64,000 nucleotides of DNA from Bacteriovoracaceae bacterium (GCA_965217035.1 OZ244226.1:558001-622000), one strand, 5' to 3'. Positions 20,090 to 30,194 are shown, counted from the first letter of the stretch. Translations and numbers: made by a program. Notes: generated by a model from the letters alone, not told the origin.

Positions 20090-20508
20090 TAATAGCTGGA
20101 ACCTTTTCCTAATTAAGCTCTCTTAACCCATTCAGTTAAAGGCTTCTTCCTTGAAACAGCACGATCTTTGAGATAGAGGTTAATGAGCGTCTGAATTGGT
20201 GAAAACTTAATCACTGATGTGAAAAAGAACTGTCCCAAATTGCCAATAAGGGAGCTTAATACAAAGTGGGTCAGGCTTAGAGACCTTTAGACTTGAGCAA
20301 TACGATAATACAAAAGAAATACTAGAAGCACATTTTACCTGAATACTCTGCTGTCAGTTGAGCGTTATTTCATCAAAATTGTTCATTTCTTCTACACTAT
20401 TTTGTAATAACTTTAACATTGTAGATTTTAATTATGAATTTAGAGAAAATATAATCACGAGAAAAATATAAGCTATTACTTTTATAATTATCGAATTGGA
20501 GGAATAAA

Positions 20509-21027
20509 ATGAAAAATTTTATGTTAGTAATTTTTTTTCTCTTCTCGAATATAACATACTCGGCAACGACTAATATTATTTTAGTTAGACATGCTGAAAA
20601 ACTTGCAGGGAGAAATCCTCCTTTAACAGTAGAGGGTCAGAGACGAGCACAATCGTTAGTGAAGCTACTAGAAGTCTTTGATATATCAGCAATTTATAGT
20701 TCTAATTATCAAAGAACGATTATGACTTCTAAGCCTTTAGCTAATGCTTTAGAACTTGATATAAATATAACTTTTAGCCCTACTGAGTATAAGCAAATAT
20801 TGGATGATATTGTTTCAAAGAACAGCGGAAATACTGTTTTAATCGTCGGCCATAGCAATACAATTCCTAAACTGGTTAATTACGCATTAACTGATAATGT
20901 ATTTCCAGATATAAATGACAAAAATTACTCAGATCTTTACTTGCTCAAATATGACCCTGCTGGAGAATCGAAAGTATTAAAGTTTTCATACAGTATGAAA
21001 AAGGGGCGTTTAATTTTGAGACCCTAG
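20509..21027 (+). CDS. Exported histidine phosphatase (SixA/phosphoglycerate mutase-like)
   Basis: LVRHAEK, SS..QRT, IVGHSNT motifs; SD GGAGG. Confidence 0.85.
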   Translation: MKNFMLVIFFLFSNITYSATTNIILVRHAEKLAGRNPPLTVEGQRRAQSLVKLLEVFDISAIYSSNYQRTIMTSKPLANALELDINITFSPTEYKQILDDIVSKNSGNTVLIVGHSNTIPKLVNYALTDNVFPDINDKNYSDLYLLKYDPAGESKVLKFSYSMKKGRLILRP

Positions 21028-21342
21028 AATAACTTCGCTCAAAAAGATTAAATCTTGAATCCTAACTAAAAATCTATAGAAAAAGAATTTAAGTATTATT
21101 CCAATTTTTTTTAACTCTAAAAATAATCCCTCTGAGAGAATTTTTTTTCGGTTTATAAATGATGGGGGAAACATCTATTCAATTTATATATCAAAGTCTT
21201 GATACTCGAAATGGTTACGAGTTTCTAAGAGGGCGTTTTTTTTAATGGGGTGTATTTAAGACTCATCATTCTTTCAGCGAGACAGATAAATAAACATTTG
21301 AGATACTTCATGAAACTATTTTTATCGGAAAAGGAATCAATT

Positions 21343-22113
21343 ATGAAGTTTATTGTTTTCATTTTATTCACTTTCTCTCAATCTAATCATGCCTCAATAA
21401 AAATACCATCTAATATAGGTTCTTATTTCGACAAAGAGCACCCCTCTTGTTTCTTAATAAAAGAAATCGGTGTTAAGAAAATCCACTCTTTTAATAAGCA
21501 ACAATGCAAAAAAAGAAAAGAACCCTATTCGACTTTTAAAATATTAAACTCTCTCATTGCACTTGAGACTGGAGTTATTGACGGTAATAAAACAATTATT
21601 CCTTGGGATGGTAAAAAGAAGTTTATCAAAGCTTGGGAACAAAATCATAATATCGAGACTGCCATAAAATACTCCGTAGTGCCTTTTTATCAAGAAGTAG
21701 CTCGTAGAATCGGTAAAAAAAATATGAAAAAATATGTCAATTTAGCCAAATATGGTAATAGAAATATCGGTCAGCAAATTGATCGTTTTTGGCTAGATGG
21801 ACCAATAAAAATCTCCGCGTATGAGCAATTAAATTTTATTGAAAATTTATACTTAAATAAACTTCCTTTTAAAAAACAAAATCAAAAATTTGTCAGAAAA
21901 ATTTTAATTCAAGAAAAAGATGAGAATGGAGTTTTTAGTGGAAAAACAGGTTCAAGCTACAAAGATGGAAGGTTTGTTTTCGGATGGTTTGTTGGACACT
22001 TGCAAAAAGGAGAGAAGCAATACGTTTTCGTCATTAATAGTAAAGGTGAAAATGAAGCAGGTCATAAATTAAAAAAGACTGTGAATAAAATTTTAAAAGA
22101 TATGAATCTCTAA
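21343..22113 (+). CDS. Class D beta-lactamase / penicillin-binding transpeptidase domain protein
   Basis: STFK, SVV, YGN, FWLDG, KTG motifs; SD AAGGA and signal peptide from ATG 21343. Confidence 0.85.
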   Translation: MKFIVFILFTFSQSNHASIKIPSNIGSYFDKEHPSCFLIKEIGVKKIHSFNKQQCKKRKEPYSTFKILNSLIALETGVIDGNKTIIPWDGKKKFIKAWEQNHNIETAIKYSVVPFYQEVARRIGKKNMKKYVNLAKYGNRNIGQQIDRFWLDGPIKISAYEQLNFIENLYLNKLPFKKQNQKFVRKILIQEKDENGVFSGKTGSSYKDGRFVFGWFVGHLQKGEKQYVFVINSKGENEAGHKLKKTVNKILKDMNL

Positions 22114-22207
22114 ATAGTAAATAGCAGAATGAATCAGAAGCGATGAGGTTGGCTTATTCCACAAGTTTGTAGAATGTTCTCACGACCTGACTATCTCGAT
22201 AAATCGT

Positions 22208-24199
22208 CTACTTTTTGAACCTTCCACACTGAAAACCATCTGTCTGTGATTTTCCATAGAATACTTTGACTGAATGACCTCTCGAAAGACTTCTCATAGC
22301 TGTCTTGCTTATAAAAAATTCGATTGATCTAAGATCCCCATTATCCGGTCTCTGAAATTTTCGAAACTTTTTGCCCCCAATAGTAAGTGTTAAGAGCGAA
22401 GCCTTAGGAAAGAACTTCGAAGGAGACTTTAATCTCAATTTATAAGACTGGTCATTATAAGCAATAAGAGAATCGACTTTACAAGTTCTTAAGGATTGAG
22501 AAAATTTTCTTTTTGAGCTTGAGCGACGATATCTTGGACGAATCTTCCCTAGAGCTTTTCCGACAGGAACAAATTGTCTGGAAACTCTAATATTTGATAA
22601 ATAGACCTTATCTGATGACTTTTTATCAAAAACGAAACGAACCCCAGTAATTCGACTTAAATCAACATCTTTAAATTCTTTAAGGGGAATCCTCGCAGTC
22701 ATCATTAACTGGTGTCTGAATTGAGGTCCCCCTACAGGCCCCACAACTTCAGTATGTTTAAGCAGTTCTTCTTTTGTTGATAAACTTCCATCTTCTTGAA
22801 CAAGTTGTATTGAAAAATCAACCGGCTCCATAAGATTTGCAACAACAGCTGATCTCGCTATATCAAAGTCCAAAGTATAAAAACGAGAAAGATCTCTTCC
22901 CTTCTTCGAAAAGTTTGTTTGAAAAAAAACAATTTCATCTGCAAATCTCCACTTGATCAAGCCAGCTGATCTTTTAAAGAAGTGAGAGAAATTGCCACGT
23001 TCATGATTAATAGTAATAAATTCAGAATCATTTTTCAGTCCATAAGTATTCGTCCCAGTTTCTTTATCAAACTTTTCTAGGAATCTCATTTTACTTTTGT
23101 CAGTACTGGCAACCAACGCTCTATCAACTCGAGTAATCTTTGAAATTTTAGGGTTGATAGGAAAAAGTGGATCAAACTCTCGATAATACTTTCTATTAGC
23201 CTTAGGTCCAATAAACGATTTGAAAAAAGCATTCAAACTATAAAAAGAAGTGACTCTTTGTTTTCGGCCTCCATTTTTTTGCTTCCAAATAGCCTCGTGG
23301 CCAGTACAACCACTTGAATCACTCTCCTGCCATTCAGAATTGAAAAAATTATGATTTGCTCCCCAAACAATATAGGCAGATTTCGGTTGATTTTCTTTAG
23401 CCTTATTCTTATTGATCATTCGATCAAAGGGTTTGATGCCTTGGAGGTCACTTACATCACCATCACAAAGAGGCAATAATACAGTCCAAGGCACACCGAA
23501 AGCATTCAAGACTTTGCTTGTTTGCCCATCGACAGGGGCAATTTCAAACATTGCTCTAAAATTCACAACACCTTTAATCGCTTTACGCCATTTTTCAGAG
23601 TTCCTATAGATATTATACGCGGCCCTGATTCCTTCCCCACCTCGAGAATGTCCCATTAAGCCAACTTGAGAAAAATCAATCCTTCCTCTGAGGTCGACTC
23701 CAATATGTTTGCTTGAACCACCTTTGGTGTTCCAACGATTCAATAATTGTAAATGTCGTAAGATGAGCTTTCCTCTGGCGATATTCAGTCCAAGGTCATC
23801 TCCAAAACCTGATCCGCAATTAATTCCTCGGTTCGCATTAATGGAGACGACCAAATAACCTTTTGAAGTGAAGTTATCAGCGAGGTAATCATAACCTCTG
23901 TGATTAGGAACAACCACATAACCATCGGGACAAGTTCCATCTGAAGTGTATTGGCAATTATCATCCTTTCTAGGATTTTTTCCAATTCCACAAGTTGAGT
24001 GGTTGCCATGTAAAAAAACAAGAAGAGGCATTTTTCCAGAAAGACCATGCTCAGGAAGATGCACACTCGCCCACAATTCGGTTTCTCGATCTTCTAAAAT
24101 AAAAGGATCAACTTTCGCGGGGAATTTATATTCCTTAACAATAGAGCTTTCAGCAAAATTAGCACAAATAATAAAACCGATGACTAAAAACCACTTCAT
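22208..24199 (-). CDS. Secreted alpha/beta hydrolase with C-terminal accessory domains
   Basis: FLHGNH, GHSRGG nucleophile elbow, CDGDV, GANHNFFN. Confidence 0.8.
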   Translation of the reverse strand: MKWFLVIGFIICANFAESSIVKEYKFPAKVDPFILEDRETELWASVHLPEHGLSGKMPLLVFLHGNHSTCGIGKNPRKDDNCQYTSDGTCPDGYVVVPNHRGYDYLADNFTSKGYLVVSINANRGINCGSGFGDDLGLNIARGKLILRHLQLLNRWNTKGGSSKHIGVDLRGRIDFSQVGLMGHSRGGEGIRAAYNIYRNSEKWRKAIKGVVNFRAMFEIAPVDGQTSKVLNAFGVPWTVLLPLCDGDVSDLQGIKPFDRMINKNKAKENQPKSAYIVWGANHNFFNSEWQESDSSGCTGHEAIWKQKNGGRKQRVTSFYSLNAFFKSFIGPKANRKYYREFDPLFPINPKISKITRVDRALVASTDKSKMRFLEKFDKETGTNTYGLKNDSEFITINHERGNFSHFFKRSAGLIKWRFADEIVFFQTNFSKKGRDLSRFYTLDFDIARSAVVANLMEPVDFSIQLVQEDGSLSTKEELLKHTEVVGPVGGPQFRHQLMMTARIPLKEFKDVDLSRITGVRFVFDKKSSDKVYLSNIRVSRQFVPVGKALGKIRPRYRRSSSKRKFSQSLRTCKVDSLIAYNDQSYKLRLKSPSKFFPKASLLTLTIGGKKFRKFQRPDNGDLRSIEFFISKTAMRSLSRGHSVKVFYGKSQTDGFQCGRFKK

Positions 24200-24431
24200 A
24201 TTTAGTTCCTTGATAGATAAATCCTGCTAAGTTCTTTACCATTTTGAGCAAATCTTTTGAAGTAAGTAACTCTACTATTCAATCTATTGGACTTTTAACC
24301 CAATCTAGCCAAATAACTTCTATCGGAATGAGTGGTTGCTTTTAGTTCATGGAAAAATGCTTCGCGTTAATAAAAGTTTCATACTCAAATCCATTTAATT
24401 ACAGATGCTTCTGACTATTATACGATTTGGT

Positions 24432-24809
24432 ATGAAAGTTATGATTATTGTTGCCATTCTCTTTTCAGGCCAAGTGAAGGCTAAAACACGCTGTCACATA
24501 AATCCCCTTTACCTCAATCAAATCACTAGTTGTTCGATAAGTATTCCACAAGCTAAATTACTAATTCTTGAACTCGCTACCTACTCCACCAATGGAAAAA
24601 TAGGAAAAGGAATAAAGAAGCTGTTGGAGAAATTATTTGATGATCAAAAAGAGTATATGAAGCAAATTGCATGCGATGAAGTTTCAGTTCTTACAAGGCT
24701 AAAAAAAAGAGAGACCAACTTTGAATACCCAAGAAAAACTCTTTCTGAAAAAAAGAAGTTCTGCCAAACTCTCTCTAATATTTTAAGAAATCCTAAAGCT
24801 CAAAACTAG
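24432..24809 (+). CDS. Exported hypothetical protein
   Basis: Signal peptide MKVMIIVAILFSGQVKA. Confidence 0.55.
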   Translation: MKVMIIVAILFSGQVKAKTRCHINPLYLNQITSCSISIPQAKLLILELATYSTNGKIGKGIKKLLEKLFDDQKEYMKQIACDEVSVLTRLKKRETNFEYPRKTLSEKKKFCQTLSNILRNPKAQN

Positions 24810-25138
24810 ATTTTATCGCAAGGAACATACTCGTGCTTAATAGTGGGCACTTTGGGATGACAATTGAATCTAATATAAAGATTTGTACAATACTCTTCGC
24901 CTTCTTCTATTTTTGTCATTTCTTCTTTGAAAAGATAAGAGACACCATCGTCAGATTTTTCAGAACCTTCTCTTTGAATTAAAGCAAAAGCTGGATCAGT
25001 ATACTCGTCTTGCCGACTACTATCGATATTATCATGATAATAATCTTGAATAGCATAAAATGCAGTCAAATAATCACATTTAGAGGAAGAGTAAACGTTT
25101 GAAGTCCCCAGGACAAATAAAATCATTAAGTATTTCAT
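24806..25138 (-). CDS. Exported hypothetical protein (4 Cys)
   Basis: Signal peptide MKYLMILFVLGTSNVYS. Confidence 0.65.
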   Translation of the reverse strand: MKYLMILFVLGTSNVYSSSKCDYLTAFYAIQDYYHDNIDSSRQDEYTDPAFALIQREGSEKSDDGVSYLFKEEMTKIEEGEEYCTNLYIRFNCHPKVPTIKHEYVPCDKI

Positions 25139-25192
25139 CGTTCAAATTCTATCATCGAATGAGGACTTCATTGAGTAAATTGTAAGATTTAC

Positions 25193-25218
25193 AAAAAGCC
25201 CCGCTTGGAAAGAGGGGC
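25193..25218 (-). terminator. Intrinsic terminator
   Basis: Minus strand GCCCCTCTT-TCC-AAGCGGGGC-TTTTT, just after the stop at 25228. Confidence 0.65.
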
Positions 25219-25227
25219 CCTAAAAGT

Positions 25228-25560
25228 TTATAAACAGATAAAATTAGAAAAGTTAAGGTTTCCTTTGGACTGAAAGCGTTTTAGCACTTTAAACCCTTTA
25301 GAAAACTTCACTTTAAATTGTTTATTTTTTAGACGATTTTTTTTACTTTCTAGCTCCTCCGTCATAAGAAGCCTCGGACCAGCAAAACTTTCTTTATAAA
25401 CCTTCATTTCAATCTTACCTGAAGATAGCTTCAGGAATTCGAGAGAAACACCATTATCTACCACATCAGGGTTTCTGCACTCCAGTTTCGTTGGAAAACT
25501 TCCTCCACAAGCCAGCGCAAAACTAGAGGAAAATGCGATTATTAATATTACGTTTTTCAT
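25228..25560 (-). CDS. Exported hypothetical protein
   Basis: SD AGGAG; signal peptide; overlaps the upstream peptidase gene. Confidence 0.65.
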   Translation of the reverse strand: MKNVILIIAFSSSFALACGGSFPTKLECRNPDVVDNGVSLEFLKLSSGKIEMKVYKESFAGPRLLMTEELESKKNRLKNKQFKVKFSKGFKVLKRFQSKGNLNFSNFICL

Positions 25561-26482
25561 TTTTTCTCCTTAATCCAAAGTCATCATTTTCATTGAACCA
25601 GCAATTTGGTCTTACACCAATAGTCTTTCCATCTTTTCTCGCACAAGTATTCAAGAATGGGTCTTTTTGATCAACATCCTTATCGTAGGCAATATTGCAA
25701 AGAGCACCTTGAAAATAGGTATCGAGACGGCATTGAGGCTTTGGATGTCTTGGAAAAGATTTTCCAACCTTTGTCGGATCTGGAGTTTCAAAATTGGGAT
25801 ATTTGACACCTCTAAGATCTGCTAAGAGATTTGCAAGAGATTGCCCTGCCATCGCAATTCGATAACAAAGAGCTATATCCTCTTTTTTTCCTTTATAAGC
25901 ATCTGTACATTTCCCCAGTGCATATTCGCTTAGAATCTTAGATGCTTTTCTTCTTTTTCCTTGAGCTCTCAGTTTACGAGCCTTTCGAATTCTCTTTTGA
26001 ACATATTTTACATTATCAAAGTTTTCAAAAATTCTTTTCGCACAATTCATGGCCCCCCAGTAATCAGACTGCCCTTCAGTACTGGCCCAATTATTACCGC
26101 TATACTTAGGAGCTCCTCCGATATGATGACCAATTTCGTGACAAACAACAAGAGCGAAGCCATCTGGTGTTACATCTTTGTGGCGAGCAAGTCCACCGAA
26201 CATTGTAACAAGATAAGTACTGCCTATTCTTTGAGCATAAGCATTGACCGTGTTGTCTTTCCAAAGTTTTTTAATCTTTAAAACTCCACCAAGATCTTTG
26301 ATAATTGCTTCGTAACGTTTAAAGACATGATCAATCACCTTGTTAAAAGTTTCTTCATTCATGTCGTTGGCAGAAACATCGCCTACCGGAATTTTCCGAT
26401 CGTTCTTCGGCGCAAATTCATGTGCATGAGAGAGAGTAACAGATCCTAGCATTGCCAGGAATAAAATCCATTTCATAATCAA
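25523..26482 (-). CDS. Secreted zinc metallopeptidase (M48-like HExxH)
   Basis: VNAYA, CHEIGHH, EGQSDY, HPKPQCR. Confidence 0.75.
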   Translation of the reverse strand: MIMKWILFLAMLGSVTLSHAHEFAPKNDRKIPVGDVSANDMNEETFNKVIDHVFKRYEAIIKDLGGVLKIKKLWKDNTVNAYAQRIGSTYLVTMFGGLARHKDVTPDGFALVVCHEIGHHIGGAPKYSGNNWASTEGQSDYWGAMNCAKRIFENFDNVKYVQKRIRKARKLRAQGKRRKASKILSEYALGKCTDAYKGKKEDIALCYRIAMAGQSLANLLADLRGVKYPNFETPDPTKVGKSFPRHPKPQCRLDTYFQGALCNIAYDKDVDQKDPFLNTCARKDGKTIGVRPNCWFNENDDFGLRRKNEKRNINNRIFL

Positions 26483-26626
26483 ACTCCATTTAATATGTTA
26501 GAGATCAATAATAGGCTTTAAAGGCAGGATAAAGGAAATCAAATAACCTATCATTGGAGTCAAGCACCTGACGGTAGTAATAATTATTGCTTTCAATTTT
26601 AAATAAACTTATCCATAAACATAAGT

Positions 26627-27445
26627 ATGAAGCTTTTTATCCTAATCTTTCTCTTGACTAGCTGCAGTAACCTCTTTTATTTTCCAGCAGACAAAATCGA
26701 ACATCATCACCCTTCAATAAAAAAACTTATTTTTGAGCAAGTAACCCTAAATGCTGCTGGAGAAAAAATAGACTCCTGGTATTTTCCATCAAAAAAACCA
26801 AAAGCATTAGTCCTTTTCTTTCATGGAAATGCTAACAATATCAGCTCGCATTATCTCACTCTTTCTTGGTTACCACTTTTCAATATTGACTATTTTATTT
26901 TTGATTACCCAGGTTATGGCAAAAGTACCGGAGAACCGACTCCTGAGAACACAGTAAAAACTGGAATCGCGGCCTTGAAATGGGCAGAAAAAAAATCTGA
27001 AGAACTTGATGTTCCCTTAATCGTTCTTGGACAAAGTCTTGGAGGTATAATAGCACTCAAGAGTCTCCAAGAGATAGAAAAACCCAAAAAGCTTTCTCAA
27101 ATGATTATCGACTCTAGTTTTATGAGCTACCAAGACGTAGCAAATAGGACCCTCAGGAAAGGTTGGATAACATGGCCACTTCAATGGCTTGCTTATGTCA
27201 TTATAAGTGATCAACATGCTGCTGAAAAAAACCTCAATCTTCTTACGCATACACCTCTGCTCATCATTCATGGAGATCAAGATGAGGTCGTTGACTATGA
27301 GCTTGGAGAAAATATCTATAAAGCCTTTAAGGGTAAAAAAGATTTTTGGACTATCAAAGGAGGGAAGCATATCGATGCTTTAACTCGCGAGAAAGATCAT
27401 TATCGAGCAAAACTTCTTAAGTTGATTAAAAAAATTGCACAATAA
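26627..27445 (+). CDS. Alpha/beta hydrolase lipoprotein (YfhR-like)
   Basis: Lipobox LTSC; FHGNA, DYPGYGKS, GQSLGG, HGDQD, GGKH. Confidence 0.88.
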   Translation: MKLFILIFLLTSCSNLFYFPADKIEHHHPSIKKLIFEQVTLNAAGEKIDSWYFPSKKPKALVLFFHGNANNISSHYLTLSWLPLFNIDYFIFDYPGYGKSTGEPTPENTVKTGIAALKWAEKKSEELDVPLIVLGQSLGGIIALKSLQEIEKPKKLSQMIIDSSFMSYQDVANRTLRKGWITWPLQWLAYVIISDQHAAEKNLNLLTHTPLLIIHGDQDEVVDYELGENIYKAFKGKKDFWTIKGGKHIDALTREKDHYRAKLLKLIKKIAQ

Positions 27446-27596
27446 CCGAGCACAGCACTCGGCTACCAACCTTCTCCTCTAGCTCTCTTAGAATACGGCC
27501 AAGGGATGGATTTTCCATGTAGTAAATGATTTTAGGATTTAAGAAAATAGATATATCGGCGTTTAGTGAATTTCTGATGCCGCTCCAAGGATTTTA

Positions 27597-29219
27597 ATGA
27601 CGAATAAAAAGCTTAAGGTCTACTTGCAAGATGAGATCGATCAAATTCAAAATTCCATTGAACATAGCAAGAAAGTCTTAGAACAAGTTCAAGAACAGAA
27701 GTTTTTCAAAGATCGAGAACTCGAGCAGAAAAAGAAAATTCTTGCTCAAAGAATTAAAGACCTAGAAGAGTCAAAAATCGAAATCCAAGATCAAAACCAA
27801 CAAAATAATGACTTTAGTGTCCATCTTAAAGATCTTGAATCTAAACTTATTGATCTTAATTTTAGGCATAAAAAAGCCCTTGAAAAAGAGCGACAAATTC
27901 AAAATAGAAAACAAGAACTTAAAAACTTAATCAATGAAATGAATGAAAGCCTCTTCAAAAGAAACTCATTAGAATTTAAAATTGCAGACAAGGAAAAATT
28001 AGAAATTATTGTTGGGAAAAATATCTTCAATGAACAGAAGAAATTAGTAGAAGTAAGGATTCAAGTAAAAAAATTAGAAAAACAACTCTCTGAAAAAACA
28101 AAAAAAATACAAGGCTGGGTTAAAACATCTACATTCGTAGCGGAATCTCTTAAAAAGAATCAAAAAACAAGTGAAATTCTGATTGGTAAAATCCAAGAGA
28201 AAAAAGATTTTTTGGAAAAAGCGATAAAAGTTCAAAGTGAACTAGAATTAAAAAACAAAAAATTATCTGAAAATAATCAAAATCTTTCCTCAAAGCTCAA
28301 TAAATTGAGAAAAGATTTTGACTCATTTGATACCGATAATACGGCCATACAGAAAGAAAACACGATTTTATCCAGCTCAATCGAAGAGTCAAAGAAAGAA
28401 ATTCAGCAGCTTATTCTTGCCAACAAGAAAGCTAGCAAAGAAGCTCAGAGAGTTCAGATAAAAAAGAAAAAACTCTTGAGCACGCATTCCAAGAGTGAAG
28501 AACAAGTGGAAGAGCTAAAAAAAGAACTCAAGAGTAAAATAAGTATTCTCACTAACATGAAGCAAGGAATAGAGGAGCTAGGGAGTGAAGGTCAAAGACT
28601 CACAAATGAAATTCATTCATTAAAAGAAGACTTGAAATTAAAATCACAACAAATCTCTAAACTTAAAATTTCCTATAAGCAGCTTCAACGTCAGTATCAA
28701 TCTGAGTCGAGAACTATTAATAATCTCAAAAAGAAGCAAGAAACAATTAAGAACCAAAAACAAAGTCTTAATAATGGAATTAATGATATCAAAGACCGTC
28801 TCTCTACAATTGTCTCTTCCATCGAGAATAAAAATGAAACTGCTCAAAAAGAAGAAATTACGATTCATCAACTCATTGCTAATCCTATTAATTCAAAACA
28901 TATTAGTGATCTGACAAAAGAAGATACTCACCTAAAACTAATATGGGATGTTCTGGTTGAGCAAATGATTGAACACACTCTTTTTGCTAAAAAAATTGAA
29001 ATTATTCCTCATTTGAAATGTTATGAAATTAGGATTCAAGACTTTTTCGACTCTGTCGAAAAGATCGATCGAATCTTTTCTAATTTTAAAAATATGGTGA
29101 AAGGATCAGATATCCAATTTGGTCATAAAATCATTAGTAATAACGATCAAAATGATCTTGCTTTTATATTAAAGAAACCTGAGGTAAACAAGAATACAAA
29201 CCTAGGAGGTCATCTTTGA
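27597..29219 (+). CDS. Long coiled-coil protein
   Basis: About 430 aa of K/E/Q/L heptad pattern plus a globular C-terminus; SD AAGGA. Confidence 0.75.
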   Translation: MTNKKLKVYLQDEIDQIQNSIEHSKKVLEQVQEQKFFKDRELEQKKKILAQRIKDLEESKIEIQDQNQQNNDFSVHLKDLESKLIDLNFRHKKALEKERQIQNRKQELKNLINEMNESLFKRNSLEFKIADKEKLEIIVGKNIFNEQKKLVEVRIQVKKLEKQLSEKTKKIQGWVKTSTFVAESLKKNQKTSEILIGKIQEKKDFLEKAIKVQSELELKNKKLSENNQNLSSKLNKLRKDFDSFDTDNTAIQKENTILSSSIEESKKEIQQLILANKKASKEAQRVQIKKKKLLSTHSKSEEQVEELKKELKSKISILTNMKQGIEELGSEGQRLTNEIHSLKEDLKLKSQQISKLKISYKQLQRQYQSESRTINNLKKKQETIKNQKQSLNNGINDIKDRLSTIVSSIENKNETAQKEEITIHQLIANPINSKHISDLTKEDTHLKLIWDVLVEQMIEHTLFAKKIEIIPHLKCYEIRIQDFFDSVEKIDRIFSNFKNMVKGSDIQFGHKIISNNDQNDLAFILKKPEVNKNTNLGGHL

Positions 29220-29572
29220 TACAAAAAAAAAGAATTTTTTGTAATTATCAAGAAGAGTTAAACTTCTTTGAAGATAAAGAAAAAGATATTTCCTTAATTC
29301 ATCTTTTTCCCTCTCTTGGCTGGCTCACTCTCCTCTCTCATGCTGATCTTATCTCAATTTTTTCACAGTTCACTGCAGAAGAACTTGCAATTGCCTGGCA
29401 CGGTCCCGAATCGATAAAACAAACTCTTTTAAGTAACCTCACCCCTGAAAAAAGAGACCAGGTTTTACTTTTTGCTGAGCAGGTAAGTCCAAATAGAGAA
29501 AACTCTGTTTTTAGGGAACTAATGATTAGTGCTGAAAAGGCCTTAAGAGAAAAAGAAAATATAGCTATTTAA
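29216..29572 (+). CDS. Hypothetical protein with FliG C-terminal-like motif
   Basis: TTG start after AGGAGG; FTAEELAIAWHGPESIKQTLLSNLT resembles FliG_C (LAIALKG..E..EKILSNMS). Confidence 0.5.
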   Translation: MIQKKRIFCNYQEELNFFEDKEKDISLIHLFPSLGWLTLLSHADLISIFSQFTAEELAIAWHGPESIKQTLLSNLTPEKRDQVLLFAEQVSPNRENSVFRELMISAEKALREKENIAI

Positions 29573-29725
29573 TTTTGATAATTTTGCTTCTTTTAAAAGA
29601 ACAGCCCATTTCATATGCTGAAATCATAAGAAATAAATGCCAAACGATGACACGATGCACTTATTTTTTCGTATCAATTATAAAATTTACCTTTCAAGCA
29701 CTAGATTCTCTGCTAGCATTGAACT

Positions 29726-30133
29726 ATGAGCAGTTTAGAAGAAAAACTTCATGAAATGGCCCTTAAAGCGAGAGAAAACTCCTATTCACCTTATTCAAAA
29801 TTTAAGGTTGGAGCTGCGGTAAAATTTAAAGACAGCGACACGCTCTATAGTGGGTGCAATATCGAAAACTCTAGTTATGGTGGCTCAATTTGCGCCGAAA
29901 GAGTTGCGATCTGGAAAGGCCTCTCCGAGATCGGCGCTAAAAAAATTGAAAAACTTATTGTACTCACCGGAAGCCCAGAGGGTGATAATCCTTGCGGTCT
30001 CTGCCTACAAGTTATTAGTGAATTCGCTGATGAAAATACTGAAATTCTGGTCGCTAACCTAGACAGTATTAAATACCGTGGGAGTTTCTCTGACTTCCTT
30101 CCAAACTCCTTTGATTCCAGTAACTTACCTTAA
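29726..30133 (+). CDS. cdd: Cytidine deaminase
   Basis: YSPYSKFKVGAA, GCNIEN, CAERVA, PCGLCLQ. Confidence 0.95.
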   Translation: MSSLEEKLHEMALKARENSYSPYSKFKVGAAVKFKDSDTLYSGCNIENSSYGGSICAERVAIWKGLSEIGAKKIEKLIVLTGSPEGDNPCGLCLQVISEFADENTEILVANLDSIKYRGSFSDFLPNSFDSSNLP

Positions 30134-30194
30134 GTTTCTTTTCTTTGGATTTCTATTCAGTTCCTTTTAATTAATCCGATAAGTTCTATAAGAC

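Noticed and set aside
13690..20250. Possible zinc-finger transposase scraps (VPNP...RIFKHG at ~13690-13760 minus; KNCP at ~20235)
   Set aside because: Too short and degenerate to call without a profile search.
9035..27000. Integron cassette array explaining the run of single exported genes
   Set aside because: No integron integrase; genes are in mixed orientation with their own promoters; I could not find recurring attC-like RYYYAAC...GTTRRRY hairpins.
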